A stretch of DNA of 54,233 nucleotides from an uncultured bacterium (lineage in GTDB: Bacteria > Zixibacteria > MSB-5A5 > UBA10806), in contig CBFCYP010000002.1 in the NCBI GenBank assembly GCA_965602185.1, positions 1 to 54,233 of the forward strand. Direction: 5' to 3'. Shown here one piece after another: positions 9,607 through 19,048 of this stretch (positions are counted from its first letter, which is position 1; every line of letters begins with the position of its first letter). A model generated the notes under the pieces. It ran no database searches. It was not told the DNA's origin and worked only from the letters and a program-made list of their open reading frames with translations. The position numbers were made by a program, and so were the translations under genes.

Positions 9607-10731
9607 ATGAAGGATTTTTATAAAATACTCGGCGTTTCGGAAGACGCTTCGGATGATGAGATAAAAAAGGCTTATCGTAAGCTGGCCAAGAAATATCACC
9701 CCGATGTGAACAGCGGCGATAAGCACGCGGAAGCTAAATTTAAAGAGGTTTCCGAGGCGCACGATACCCTGGCGGATAAAAACAAGAGAGCCCAATACGA
9801 CCAGATGCGCAAATACGGCGCCGGTTTCGGGGGATTCGGCGAACGGCCTGCCGGCGGCGGATCTCGTGGTCGACAGGACTTCAATTTCGAGGATTTATCT
9901 TCTATATTCGGCCAATCCGGCGGATTTGGGTCTTTCGCGGATATATTTTCATCGATATTTGGTGACAATGTAAGCGGTTTTGGGCGCGGGGGAGGTTTCG
10001 CGCAGCAATTCGGCCCCCGTCGGGGTAGCGATTTATATACAGACGTGAACATTCCGTTTGCCACCGCCGCAAAAGGCGGTAAAGCAAAATTACGTTTGAA
10101 AAGAACGGAAAGTTGTTCCGTATGTAACGGTTCCGGGGTAAGGCCGGGTTCCAGCCAGACAACCTGTCCCGATTGCGGGGGGCGCGGGACCATAACCTTT
10201 ACCCAGGGCAACTTCGCGGTATCCAGGCCATGTCCGCGATGCCTGGGGCGGGGGATTATCTCCGGAGACCCCTGCGGCAATTGCCGTGGCGGTGGGTCGC
10301 TTGCCAGATCGAGAACCATAACGGTAAATATCCCGCCGAGTACGCAAAACGGCGGTAAAATCAGGTTGAAGGGATTTGGCAATCCCGGGACAAATGGCGG
10401 ATCGCCGGGAGACCTGTATCTGAGAGTTACGGTGAAAGGGGATCATTTCTTCTGGCGCGAGGGATTGAATATTTTCTGCAAAGTGAAACTGGGGTTGGAC
10501 CAGGTTGTAAAGGGTACTAAAATAAGAGTCCGGACGATAGCCGGGAATAAAGTGGAATTGAAAATACCTGCCGGCACGAAGGCCGGAACGAAATTCAGGT
10601 TAAGTGGTTTGGGTTTGACGGATAAAGAGCATAAGGGCGACCAGATTGTAGTTATCGACATACGTCAACCCGATAACATGACTGAGGATGAGAAAAAACT
10701 TTACCATGAGATGACTGAAAAAGTCGCATGA
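9607..10731 (+). CDS. dnaJ: Molecular chaperone DnaJ (Hsp40)
   Basis: J-domain [10 protein letters not shown] ... HPD, a G/F-rich linker, and four CxxCxGxG zinc-finger repeats ([32 protein letters not shown]). The ORF track starts at TTG 9601; ATG 9607 is preferred. Confidence 0.95.
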   Translation: MKDFYKILGVSEDASDDEIKKAYRKLAKKYHPDVNSGDKHAEAKFKEVSEAHDTLADKNKRAQYDQMRKYGAGFGGFGERPAGGGSRGRQDFNFEDLSSIFGQSGGFGSFADIFSSIFGDNVSGFGRGGGFAQQFGPRRGSDLYTDVNIPFATAAKGGKAKLRLKRTESCSVCNGSGVRPGSSQTTCPDCGGRGTITFTQGNFAVSRPCPRCLGRGIISGDPCGNCRGGGSLARSRTITVNIPPSTQNGGKIRLKGFGNPGTNGGSPGDLYLRVTVKGDHFFWREGLNIFCKVKLGLDQVVKGTKIRVRTIAGNKVELKIPAGTKAGTKFRLSGLGLTDKEHKGDQIVVIDIRQPDNMTEDEKKLYHEMTEKVA

Positions 10732-10750
10732 AAGAACGCCGATGATATAA

Positions 10751-10980
10751 ATGCGTTTCGATAAATTAACACAGAATTCAAGAAAAACGTTGGATTGCGC
10801 TCAGTAATTGGCGCCCGGCCTATCAAAAGATCACTGAACAGGTTAATTACCACCAGAATCGCTAACGGTATTCTGGCTGGAGAATTCAAGCCGGGCGACG
10901 AAATTATGATCGATTACAAAAACGAAGGGTTGGTCTTCCGGCGGAGACCCTTAAAAAAATCTGCTGTTTCTAATTCTTGA
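10751..10980 (+). pseudogene. clpB: clpB (Hsp100) internal-deletion relic: N-terminal 18 codons joined out of frame to the last ~55 codons
   Basis: ATG 10751 encodes MRFDKLTQNSRKTLDCAQ then TAA 10805-10807, which is a ClpB-type N-terminus. Another frame (10795-10980) reads GARPIKRSLNRLITTRIANGILAGEFKPGDEIMIDYKNEGLVF, matching the Clp D2-small C-terminal motif GARPLKR..I...L...IL.GE..PG. No AAA+ modules lie between them. Confidence 0.6.
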
Positions 10981-11012
10981 CATCCTGTAAAATTATAATT
11001 ATTCTTGCCGAC

Positions 11013-11417
11013 ATGCGTAATGTGTTGAGGGAGGAAAGATTGAGATTATACCCGGCGATTTTGTGCGCGCTAATATTTATGATGTCCTGCGGTTCAAAAT
11101 TGCCGTCCGATACCGACCTTTTTTCTCAGGCGCAGGAGCACGAGGGCAGACAGGAATTCAACGACGCCCTGAAAAAATACGATTTAATTGTCGAGAATTA
11201 CCCCCAGAGCGGGATTCGGTATAAAGCTGTTTTTATGAAAGGTTTAATACTTCTCGAAAATCTAAAGGATAATAAACGCGCGGTGGAGACATTCGATGAA
11301 TTGCTCGCGGAATATCCGGATTGCGATCTGGCCGACGACGCCGCGGTTCTGCGTGAAATCGCCGCCGGTAATGGCGATATTATGTCCGCTTTTGAAGATT
11401 CCCTCAAACAGGAATGA
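11013..11417 (+). CDS. Small TPR-like lipoprotein (YbgF/BamD-like repeat)
   Basis: MRNVLREERLRLYPAILCALIFMMS/C lipobox. TPR-like segment NDALKKYDLIVENYPQSGIRYKAVFMKG ... AVETFDELLAEYPDCDLADDA. The ORF-track start 10977 is non-ATG; ATG 11013 is preferred. Confidence 0.5.
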   Translation: MRNVLREERLRLYPAILCALIFMMSCGSKLPSDTDLFSQAQEHEGRQEFNDALKKYDLIVENYPQSGIRYKAVFMKGLILLENLKDNKRAVETFDELLAEYPDCDLADDAAVLREIAAGNGDIMSAFEDSLKQE

Positions 11418-11537
11418 TCTTCTTTAATTAACCGATTTAATTGTAAAACTGAAGACCGGCGAAAAATTTCGAAACTCCGCTTTTTTATTGACTGATTTTA
11501 ACATCTGTGATAAGCTAACCTGCCGATTGGAGGCGGA

Positions 11538-11975
11538 GTGAAAATAGTGTTGCAGCGGATTTCGGAGGCTTCGGTCGAAGTTGACGGCAAGACGATCGGG
11601 GCTATCGGGAAGGGACTTCTGCTCCTGGTGGGGGCCGATACGGGAGATTCGAGGAAAAACGCGGAATTTCTGGCGGATAAATGTCTGGGGCTCAGGATAT
11701 TCGAGGATGAGGCCGGGAAAATGAACCTGTCGGTGAAAGATGTCGGCGGCCAACTACTTACGGTAAGCCAGTTCACGCTATCGGCCGACGTCTCCAAAGG
11801 TAGACGGCCCGGGTTTTCCTCCGCCATGGTGCCTGAAAAGGCCGAAGACTTGTTTAATTTTTTTGTCGGGGAACTTGAGAAAAGCGGGTTAATAGTAAAA
11901 ACCGGAGAATTCGGAGCGAAAATGATGGTCCGTTTGCTGAATGACGGCCCGGTTACATTCGTATTAGAGGGATGA
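11538..11975 (+). CDS. dtd: D-aminoacyl-tRNA deacylase
   Basis: MKIVLQRISEASVEVDGKTIGAIGKGLLLLVG ... SQFTL is the Dtd pattern. GGAGG SD upstream of GTG 11538. Confidence 0.9.
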   Translation: MKIVLQRISEASVEVDGKTIGAIGKGLLLLVGADTGDSRKNAEFLADKCLGLRIFEDEAGKMNLSVKDVGGQLLTVSQFTLSADVSKGRRPGFSSAMVPEKAEDLFNFFVGELEKSGLIVKTGEFGAKMMVRLLNDGPVTFVLEG

Positions 11976-12565
11976 AGGAAATTGTTTGTATGAAAATAAT
12001 CCTGGCTTCGGGATCGCCAAGAAGAAGGAAAATACTTTCCGATATGGGCTACGATTTTGAAATAGCGGTTGCCGATATAGCCGAGAATATTGTCCGGGAT
12101 GAATCTCCTGCCGATCACGTAAAACGACTTTCCGGAAAGAAAGCTGAAAAAGTGGCGATAGATTATTCAGATGACATAGTCATCGGCGCCGATACGGCAG
12201 TCGTATTGGATGGAGAGATTTTGGGAAAGCCCGGTTCGGAAAAAGAGGCTTTCGAGATGCTGAGCGGATTATCCGGCAAGACTCATACTGTTTTTACCGG
12301 CCTTACCGTTATGATCGGAAGCGAAAAAATTAAAAGATCGGATTACGACAGAACGGAAGTCACTTTTAACGAGTTATCTGAAAGCCGCATACGGGAATAC
12401 GTAGATTCCGGCGAGCCGCTGGATAAGGCCGGTTCTTATGGTATACAGGGTATGGGTTCGTTCCTTGTGAAAAGTTATTCCGGTGAAATTGACACGGTGA
12501 TCGGTTTCCCGTCCAAACTTTTCGAAAAGATGTACCTGGAGGTGCGCTCCTGTCTAAGTCATTAG
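11972..12565 (+). CDS. maf: Maf-family nucleoside triphosphate pyrophosphatase
   Basis: IILASGSPRRRKIL ... GADTAV ... DKAGSYGIQG motifs. ATG 11972 overlaps the dtd stop (ATGA). ATG 11990 is an alternative start. Confidence 0.9.
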   Translation: MKEIVCMKIILASGSPRRRKILSDMGYDFEIAVADIAENIVRDESPADHVKRLSGKKAEKVAIDYSDDIVIGADTAVVLDGEILGKPGSEKEAFEMLSGLSGKTHTVFTGLTVMIGSEKIKRSDYDRTEVTFNELSESRIREYVDSGEPLDKAGSYGIQGMGSFLVKSYSGEIDTVIGFPSKLFEKMYLEVRSCLSH

Positions 12566-13287
12566 GCGAAAAGCTTCGTGAAGCTCGTGAAGCCAGGGGA
12601 ATGACGATCGAGCAGTTGTCATCGGTCACGCGGCTGAACGCCAAATTTATAGAAGCGCTCGAATCCGGTAGAAGGGATCTCCTTCCGGGACAGGTTTACC
12701 TCAAACCTTTTGTTAAGACCTGTGCTGAAGCGCTTGATCTGGAAATAAAGGAGCTTTATAAAATTGTTAACGGTGAAGCGGGGCATGACGATCAAAGCGA
12801 CCGGAGGTTAGAGTATCAAGGCGAAAAAAAGAAACGCCCCGATTATAAGCTCTTGGTAGTACTTTTAATAGCCGCTGTCGTCATTGTGGTTATTTACATC
12901 ACGGTTAAAACGAGAGACAAGATACCGCCAAGGACCGAGATTGCGGAGGTGATTCCCGCGGAGGCCACAAAGATCAGGGATAATATCAACTGGAGCAGGC
13001 CCTGGGAACGGCCGGCTTCTTACAAGGCGGGAATCCTCAGACAGAACCTGGTGCTATTGGTTACAGACAGCGTGGGTGTCTTTGTTTTATCGGGCGATGA
13101 CACCTTATTTAACGGGATTTTAACCAGGAATGAAAGAAGAGTATTTTCGTCGGAAAACGGTTTTATTTTGAATCTAACCAGGAATGATTGCGTCACCGGT
13201 TTTATAAACGGTCAAAAAGATATGATAATCGGTTCCAGCGGCGGAAAACTGGAAGATTATTCTATCGAAAAGCAGGGAAATCGTTAA
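12550..13287 (+). CDS. rodZ: RodZ-like HTH/transmembrane cytoskeleton protein, probable CTG start
   Basis: XRE-type HTH LGEKLREAREARGMTIEQLSSVTRLNAKFIEALESG and the RodZ-like segment PGQVYLKPFVKTCAEAL, followed by one TM helix (LLVVLLIAAVVIVVIYI). Helix 1 of the HTH lies upstream of the first ATG (12601). CTG 12550 has a GGAGG SD 7 nt upstream. Confidence 0.65.
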   Translation: MSKSLGEKLREAREARGMTIEQLSSVTRLNAKFIEALESGRRDLLPGQVYLKPFVKTCAEALDLEIKELYKIVNGEAGHDDQSDRRLEYQGEKKKRPDYKLLVVLLIAAVVIVVIYITVKTRDKIPPRTEIAEVIPAEATKIRDNINWSRPWERPASYKAGILRQNLVLLVTDSVGVFVLSGDDTLFNGILTRNERRVFSSENGFILNLTRNDCVTGFINGQKDMIIGSSGGKLEDYSIEKQGNR

Positions 13288-13288
13288 A

Positions 13289-13840
13289 ATGGCTCTAAAA
13301 GTCAGTACAATAGCCGAACGTTTTTTAACCATGAAGTATAAATACAGGTCCGAATCCGACCATGTCAAATTCAGCGAGCTTTCCCGTGATCTAAAGGGTT
13401 GTCTGGTATGTATGCCGTCGAGGCTGGATTTAATAAAGCCCGCTGCCGATGTTCTTCCCGCTTTGGCCGAAACTTTCCCCGATAGAAACATAAAGATTCT
13501 GTTAACCTCGAATATAGATCCCCAGTCTCATGAAATCATAAAGAAGTTTATTGTTATAAAGCCTCTGGCTTACGATCTCGACAGGTTCTCTCTACCCAAA
13601 AAGAATTTTATAGAGCGAATAGCCGAGGGAGGTTTAGCAGTCGCCATAGATATGGATACGGCGCCCAACTTTTTCAACGCGGTCATCGCTTTAAAGGCCG
13701 GCGCGGTTGTAAGAACCGCGTTTGACAAAGGTGTGGGTTTGCCCTATTATAATTTTATTCTGGGGGTACCGTCCGCTGAAGCGGCGCCCAGAGTATCGTA
13801 TCGTGCCATGGCCGATATTCTGGGCAATTTTAAAACTTGA
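13289..13840 (+). CDS. Hypothetical protein, 183 aa. By eye it weakly resembles a C-terminal Rossmann half of GT9-type glycosyltransferases.
   Basis: The ORF starts 1 nt after the rodZ stop and ends 10 nt before smc. No TM helix. No confident family motif. Confidence 0.45.
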   Translation: MALKVSTIAERFLTMKYKYRSESDHVKFSELSRDLKGCLVCMPSRLDLIKPAADVLPALAETFPDRNIKILLTSNIDPQSHEIIKKFIVIKPLAYDLDRFSLPKKNFIERIAEGGLAVAIDMDTAPNFFNAVIALKAGAVVRTAFDKGVGLPYYNFILGVPSAEAAPRVSYRAMADILGNFKT

Positions 13841-13850
13841 AGGAGTCTGA

Positions 13851-16800
13851 ATGTTACTTTCTCGTTTGGAGCTAACAGGGTTCAAATCGTTCCCCGAGAA
13901 AACGGTTTTGGAATTTAACGGTGGAATTACAGGTGTGGTGGGACCCAACGGATGCGGCAAATCCAATATACTCGATTCCATAAGATGGGTGCTTGGAGAA
14001 CAGCGCACCAGCGTTTTACGAAGCGCGAAAATGGAAGAGATCATATTCAGCGGTACCAGGACGCTCAGGCCCACCGGCATGGCCGAGGTCAATCTCATCA
14101 TTAAAAATAATCGGGGAGTTCTTCCAGTTGAATACGATAATATCGTTATTACTCGTCGTCTCTTCCGTTCGGGAGAGTCGGAGTATTATCTAAATAAAAA
14201 CAGATGCCGTCTGAAAGATATAATGGAGCTTTTCTTCGATACCGGGATGGGACCGCATGCTTACAGCGTCATACAGCAGGGAATGATCGATTCCATTCTA
14301 TCCGACAAAACCGAGGATCGCAGATCGCTTTTCGAGGAGGCGGCGGGAGTCACCAAATACAAGCATCGCAAAAAGGAAGCCGAGAACAAACTTCAGGCAA
14401 CCGAGGCGGATTTGCTTCGGCTTGGCGACGTTTTAGCCGAGATTGAAAAACAGGTAATTCAATTACGGCGCCAGGCCAAAAGGGCTCGCAGGTATTCTAC
14501 GAGGAAGAATGATTTAAAAGACATCGAGCTTACTCTCGCCGCCGCTTTATTATTCGAGTCGCAAGAAAAGTATAGAAATCTTCACGATCAAAAACGCGCT
14601 GTCGAGTTGGAAATCGAATCGTCCATGGCGGAGACGGACAGACTCGAGGTAAATGTTCAGGATTTGAAACTAAATTTATCAGAGTACGAATCTGAAGCCG
14701 CCCGTTTCAGGCAGGATGACTCCGCGATGTCGCTTAAAGCGGCGGAAGTGGAAAGTGAAATCAAACTGAACAAACAGCGAATAGATTCGAGCATCGAAGA
14801 AATCGGAAAAAAGAAATCCGATATCACCGCTCTCCGCAATCGAAATGAAAATTTACAGAGAGAAATCGATGAAAAAAATAACAGGCTGAACGAAGCCGAG
14901 ATTCAGAGAACTCAAATATCGGGCCAATCGGAAGCGGCGGAAAACGATCTGTCGAATTTGATGGAGGAACACCCGAAGGCCGAAAAAGATCTCGAATCCC
15001 AAAAAGCGATCTATGGCGAAATTTGCGAAAAGATCTCCGCTCTTAAAGCCGAGCGCGCCTCGCTGGATGAGATGAAAAGATCGCTTAAAAGTAAAATGGC
15101 GGAGATCGAGGAAAATACTCAGGGCTATGATAATATAAAACGGGAAAATCATGATGATATTCTAAACCTCGAAAATCGGCGCTCGGAATTAATTTCTCGG
15201 TTGGCCGATTTAAAATCGAAACAGAAATCCGGAGAGGAAGAGCTTGCGGCCCGCGAGGAATCAGCAGCTCTTATGCGCGATAGACTGTCCATTAAAAAAG
15301 GGGAATCTTCGGGATTGCAGGCCAGAAAAGAGCTGCTGGAACAGCTGATTGAATCCGGCGAGGGTTACTCCGGCGGGGCAAAGGCCATAATAGAATGGAA
15401 TAATAAACCGTCCGGTATAATGATGCCCGTGGCGGATGTCCTCGATGTTCCCGGGCAGTATAGAGCCGCCGTTAACGCCGCGCTGGGCGATATGGGAGAG
15501 ATAATTCCCGTGAGAACCTATGACGACGCCATGACCGCGATCGAATATTTGAAGAACAACAATGCGGGAAGAGCTACATTCGTTGCGCTCGACAGGCTTG
15601 GCAAATTGCCCGATTCGGATGAACGACCGAATAATGTCGCCGGTTTAATAGGTTTCCTTGATGACCTGTTGACTTTTCCCGAAGATTACGAACCTGCTGT
15701 TAGACTTCTGCTCGGAAGGATTGCGTTATTTGATTCCGAAGACGCGGCGTTAAATGCTAATGGGAGGTGGGAGTATTTCACGCGGGTCAGCAGAGACGGC
15801 TTGGTGATTTTGCCCTCCGCCATGTTTTCGGGGGGTAAGGCGGTCGGCGGTATTTTTGGAAGACGCTATGATTTACAGGAGATAAGGGAAAAATTAGAGG
15901 AATTATCATACGAGATAAATCAGGAGGAGAGTCAGCTTAACGAGGAACGGGAAAATCTCAACAGCGTTCGAGCGGAGTTGGAGGACGACAGGAAGAAAAT
16001 CGCGGAACTCGATGCCGATAGAAATAAAATCGAGGCCGAACTGGCCCAGGTGAATTTCGATTTCAAGCAAAGTGAGAACGAATACTCCACGGCTGTAAAT
16101 GAAGCATCGGCGCTGCAAAGCGATATCGAGAGATACGAAAGCAGGATCGCCGTCCTGGAAGATGAGTTGAACGCCTTTGAGGAAAATTTGGCAGCAAATG
16201 AATCCGAGGTTAAGCGCTCATCCGAAGCAGTCGAAAGACTAGAATCGAGAATTAAAGAGGCGGAAGGCAATCTCACGAAATTCCGGATAAAGAAGGTGGA
16301 ACTGGACGGTTTGGCAGACAAAATAAGATCCGACATTGATCACGCAAAAGAGATCTGCGGGGAAGCCGAAAGAATGATCGAGGCTAATAACAACGGTATT
16401 GCGAAGGCCGAAACCGAGATTGAGAATGCCCACAAGAAAAACGATGAGCTAAAAAGTAACCTGGAATCCCATTTCGTTGAAAGAGCCAGAGCGAAAGACA
16501 GTTTGTTACGGATCGAGGGAATTATCTCGGAAAAGATGGGCGAAGTTGGCAATATCGAAAAACAGTTGATCGAAAAACGCAAATCCAGAGAGAAATCGCA
16601 ATCCTTATTGCATAATCTCGATATGGAATTGATGGACCTCGAATCTTCGAGAAAATCCATAACTGAAAGAATAAGTTACGAATTTGGGGCTTCAAATATT
16701 GAGCCTGCCCCGCTTGAACAAAATCAAATTATAGATTCAATGAAAGAGCAGGCGGAAAAGATCCGTCTGGAGCTTCAACGAATGGAACCGGTCAATTTAA

Positions 16801-17402
16801 TGGCCGGGGAGGATTACGAACGCGAGAACGACAGATATAATTTCCTGATCCGTCAAAAAGAGGATCTACTTGACGCCAAGGCATCATTAAAAGAAGCGAT
16901 CAATAGAATAAACACCACCGCCGAACAGAGATTCCTTAAGACCTTCGATGCCATAGAAAAGAATTACCAGAATGTGTTTTCGAAACTGTTTGAGAACGGC
17001 GAAGCTCACGTGGAGCTGGAGGATCCGTCTTTGCCCCTTGAGAGCCCCATTAAGATACTGGCCCGGCCCGGCGGGAAGAAATTGCTTTCGGTGGCGCAGT
17101 TATCGGGCGGCGAAAGGGCACTTACAGCCATATCTCTTCTGTTCGCCATATATCTGGTTAAGCCCAGCCCATTCTGTATCCTCGATGAGGTGGATGCCCC
17201 GCTCGACGACATCAACCTGGTGCGTTTTCTAAAATTGGTCAAGGGATTCTCCAGGGATACTCAGTTTATAATCATAACGCATAACAGGTTGACCATGGAG
17301 GCATCGGATATTCTTTACGGCGTTACCATGGAGAATCCGGGGGTTTCCAAGGTGGTGTCGGTCAAGTTCGGCGGCGGCAACGGGGACGGAGAAAACCATT
17401 AA
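13851..17402 (+). CDS. smc: Chromosome segregation protein SMC
   Basis: Walker A GPNGCGKSNILDSIRWVLGEQ, long coiled coils, a hinge, the signature LSGGERALTAISLLFAI and Walker B ILDEVDAPLD. Confidence 0.97.
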   Translation: MLLSRLELTGFKSFPEKTVLEFNGGITGVVGPNGCGKSNILDSIRWVLGEQRTSVLRSAKMEEIIFSGTRTLRPTGMAEVNLIIKNNRGVLPVEYDNIVITRRLFRSGESEYYLNKNRCRLKDIMELFFDTGMGPHAYSVIQQGMIDSILSDKTEDRRSLFEEAAGVTKYKHRKKEAENKLQATEADLLRLGDVLAEIEKQVIQLRRQAKRARRYSTRKNDLKDIELTLAAALLFESQEKYRNLHDQKRAVELEIESSMAETDRLEVNVQDLKLNLSEYESEAARFRQDDSAMSLKAAEVESEIKLNKQRIDSSIEEIGKKKSDITALRNRNENLQREIDEKNNRLNEAEIQRTQISGQSEAAENDLSNLMEEHPKAEKDLESQKAIYGEICEKISALKAERASLDEMKRSLKSKMAEIEENTQGYDNIKRENHDDILNLENRRSELISRLADLKSKQKSGEEELAAREESAALMRDRLSIKKGESSGLQARKELLEQLIESGEGYSGGAKAIIEWNNKPSGIMMPVADVLDVPGQYRAAVNAALGDMGEIIPVRTYDDAMTAIEYLKNNNAGRATFVALDRLGKLPDSDERPNNVAGLIGFLDDLLTFPEDYEPAVRLLLGRIALFDSEDAALNANGRWEYFTRVSRDGLVILPSAMFSGGKAVGGIFGRRYDLQEIREKLEELSYEINQEESQLNEERENLNSVRAELEDDRKKIAELDADRNKIEAELAQVNFDFKQSENEYSTAVNEASALQSDIERYESRIAVLEDELNAFEENLAANESEVKRSSEAVERLESRIKEAEGNLTKFRIKKVELDGLADKIRSDIDHAKEICGEAERMIEANNNGIAKAETEIENAHKKNDELKSNLESHFVERARAKDSLLRIEGIISEKMGEVGNIEKQLIEKRKSREKSQSLLHNLDMELMDLESSRKSITERISYEFGASNIEPAPLEQNQIIDSMKEQAEKIRLELQRMEPVNLMAGEDYERENDRYNFLIRQKEDLLDAKASLKEAINRINTTAEQRFLKTFDAIEKNYQNVFSKLFENGEAHVELEDPSLPLESPIKILARPGGKKLLSVAQLSGGERALTAISLLFAIYLVKPSPFCILDEVDAPLDDINLVRFLKLVKGFSRDTQFIIITHNRLTMEASDILYGVTMENPGVSKVVSVKFGGGNGDGENH

Positions 17403-17405
17403 GGA

Positions 17406-18308
17406 ATGTTTAATAAGTTCCTTTCCGGACTGAAAAAGACCAGACAGGCTCTGTCCGGGAGCGTTTCAGATTTCAAAAACCTTTTATCACCCGGCAAGAA
17501 ACTCGATAATGAGACTCTGGAGAAACTGGAGGAAGCGTTGATTCTCGCCGATGTCGGCGCGGGCGCGGCGTCGGAGATAATAGAGCAATTGCAGTCCTCC
17601 AAAAACACGGATGATCCGTTAAAATCGCTTACCGAGATTATCGCGCGGAAATTTAAATACGAAGGCTCCGCGAATAAAAATATTAAAACGCCTCATGTAA
17701 TTCTAATAGTCGGCGTCAACGGTTCCGGCAAGACCACTACCATAGCGAAAATCGCGCAGAAGAAGATATCCGCGGGCAGGAAAGTTATCATGGCGGCGGC
17801 GGATACATTTCGGGCTGCGGCGGGGGAACAATTGGAGTTCTGGGCTAACAAAGTCGGCGCGGAAATTATCAGGCAGAAAAGCGGGGCCGACCCCGCCGCG
17901 GTTGCCTATGATGCGGTTATTGCGGCGGTGTCGCGCAAGGTAAATTATGTTTTTATAGATACCGCCGGACGCTTGCAGACCAAAATAAACCTCATGGAAG
18001 AGCTGAAAAAGATAAAAAGGGTAGTTGGCAAAGCGTTGCCGGGCGCTCCGCATGAGATATTGATGGTCATGGATGCCACTACAGGTCAGAACGGGCTTTC
18101 GCAGGTTAAACTCTTCAACGAAGCGGTGGGATTGACCGGAATTATCGTGACCAAGCTCGACGGCACTGCCAAAGGAGGTATATTGGTGGCGGCTTCGGAT
18201 AAATTCGGTATTCCGATAAAATATGTCGGCCTGGGGGAAAAACCGGAAGATCTGGTGGAATTTGATCCCATGGCTTTCGCCGAAGGATTGGTGGGAATAA
18301 ATGAGTGA
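17406..18308 (+). CDS. ftsY: Signal recognition particle receptor FtsY (short form without an acidic A domain)
   Basis: GVNGSGKTTTIAKIA, DTAGRL and TKLDGTAKGG motifs. Confidence 0.95.
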   Translation: MFNKFLSGLKKTRQALSGSVSDFKNLLSPGKKLDNETLEKLEEALILADVGAGAASEIIEQLQSSKNTDDPLKSLTEIIARKFKYEGSANKNIKTPHVILIVGVNGSGKTTTIAKIAQKKISAGRKVIMAAADTFRAAAGEQLEFWANKVGAEIIRQKSGADPAAVAYDAVIAAVSRKVNYVFIDTAGRLQTKINLMEELKKIKRVVGKALPGAPHEILMVMDATTGQNGLSQVKLFNEAVGLTGIIVTKLDGTAKGGILVAASDKFGIPIKYVGLGEKPEDLVEFDPMAFAEGLVGINE

Positions 18309-18705
18309 TTTGATTTATCTGGATGTCAGAACCGACACCCGAAATCATTTCGTCGATGTTACCTCGGAAATCCAGAAGATCGTAGCGGAATCGGGGATAA
18401 AAGAAGGGTCAGTTGAGCTGTTTGTCCCTCACACCACCGCCGCCATCACTATCAACGAAAACGCCGACCCGTCGGTGAAATCGGATATTATTTCCTACTT
18501 GGAAAAACTTATCCCTCAGAACGGACAGTTCAGGCACGCCGAGGGGAATTCCGACGCGCATATAAAATCGAGCCTTTTAGGAACTCGATTATCGTTATTT
18601 ATATCCGGCGAACGTTTGGTACTCGGCACCTGGCAGGGGATATACTTCTGTGAGTTTGACGGTCCCCGGAATAGAAAATTGATTGTGAGAGTAATAAGCG
18701 ATTAA
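18301..18705 (+). CDS. yjbQ: YjbQ/UPF0047 family protein (secondary thiamine-phosphate synthase-like)
   Basis: FVPHTTAAITINENADPSV ... GTWQGIYFCEFDGPRNRK is the YjbQ pattern. It overlaps ftsY by 8 nt. Confidence 0.85.
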   Translation: MSDLIYLDVRTDTRNHFVDVTSEIQKIVAESGIKEGSVELFVPHTTAAITINENADPSVKSDIISYLEKLIPQNGQFRHAEGNSDAHIKSSLLGTRLSLFISGERLVLGTWQGIYFCEFDGPRNRKLIVRVISD

Positions 18706-18773
18706 AAAGTAGGTCGCGGTTTGATCTCTCCCCAAACCCGACGCCTGAGCCTCCGTAGCGGCGTCAGGAACCC

Positions 18774-18822
18774 ATTCCTGACGCTTTTAGCGTACGCGGT
18801 TGGTTTATCCGGCCGCGCGTAG
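18774..18822 (+). repeat. REP-like 49-bp element, copy A (downstream of yjbQ)
   Basis: ATTCCTGACGCTTTTAGCGTACGCGGTTGGTTTATCCGGCCGCGCGTAG matches copy B at 47 of 49 positions. It contains the hairpins ACGCT-TTT-AGCGT and GCGGTTGG-TTTAT-CCGGCCGC. Confidence 0.75.
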
Positions 18823-19048
18823 CTTAATTTCGGGCCGGAATATCGATCCGCTACATAGATCTAATCTCCGTTGATTACGCGGTTCCGGGTTATAGAATTA
18901 AACGAGGAATATTCGACCAAGACCGGATAAAAACACTTGATAAAAAAGGTTCGATATAATAATCTTGGGAACCAAGCAATTACATCCATAGTTTTGGCAT
19001 CCTGAGTTCATTTTTAATAAAACATTAGATTTTTTAGAAAGGAAGGGA

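Noticed and set aside
9696-10382. 228-aa ORF (and several shorter ones) antisense to dnaJ
   Set aside because: It is generated by the GC-rich Gly/Cys-rich part of dnaJ. The translation is a proline/arginine-rich low-complexity sequence.
10795-10980. The 61-aa ORF as a genuine small gene
   Set aside because: It has a non-ATG start and no SD. Its sequence is just the C-terminal tail of a Clp/Hsp100 ATPase. It is better explained as part of the clpB relic.
11498-12118. 206-aa ORF antisense to dtd and maf
   Set aside because: It is opposite two genes with clear family motifs, and no recognisable domain is present.
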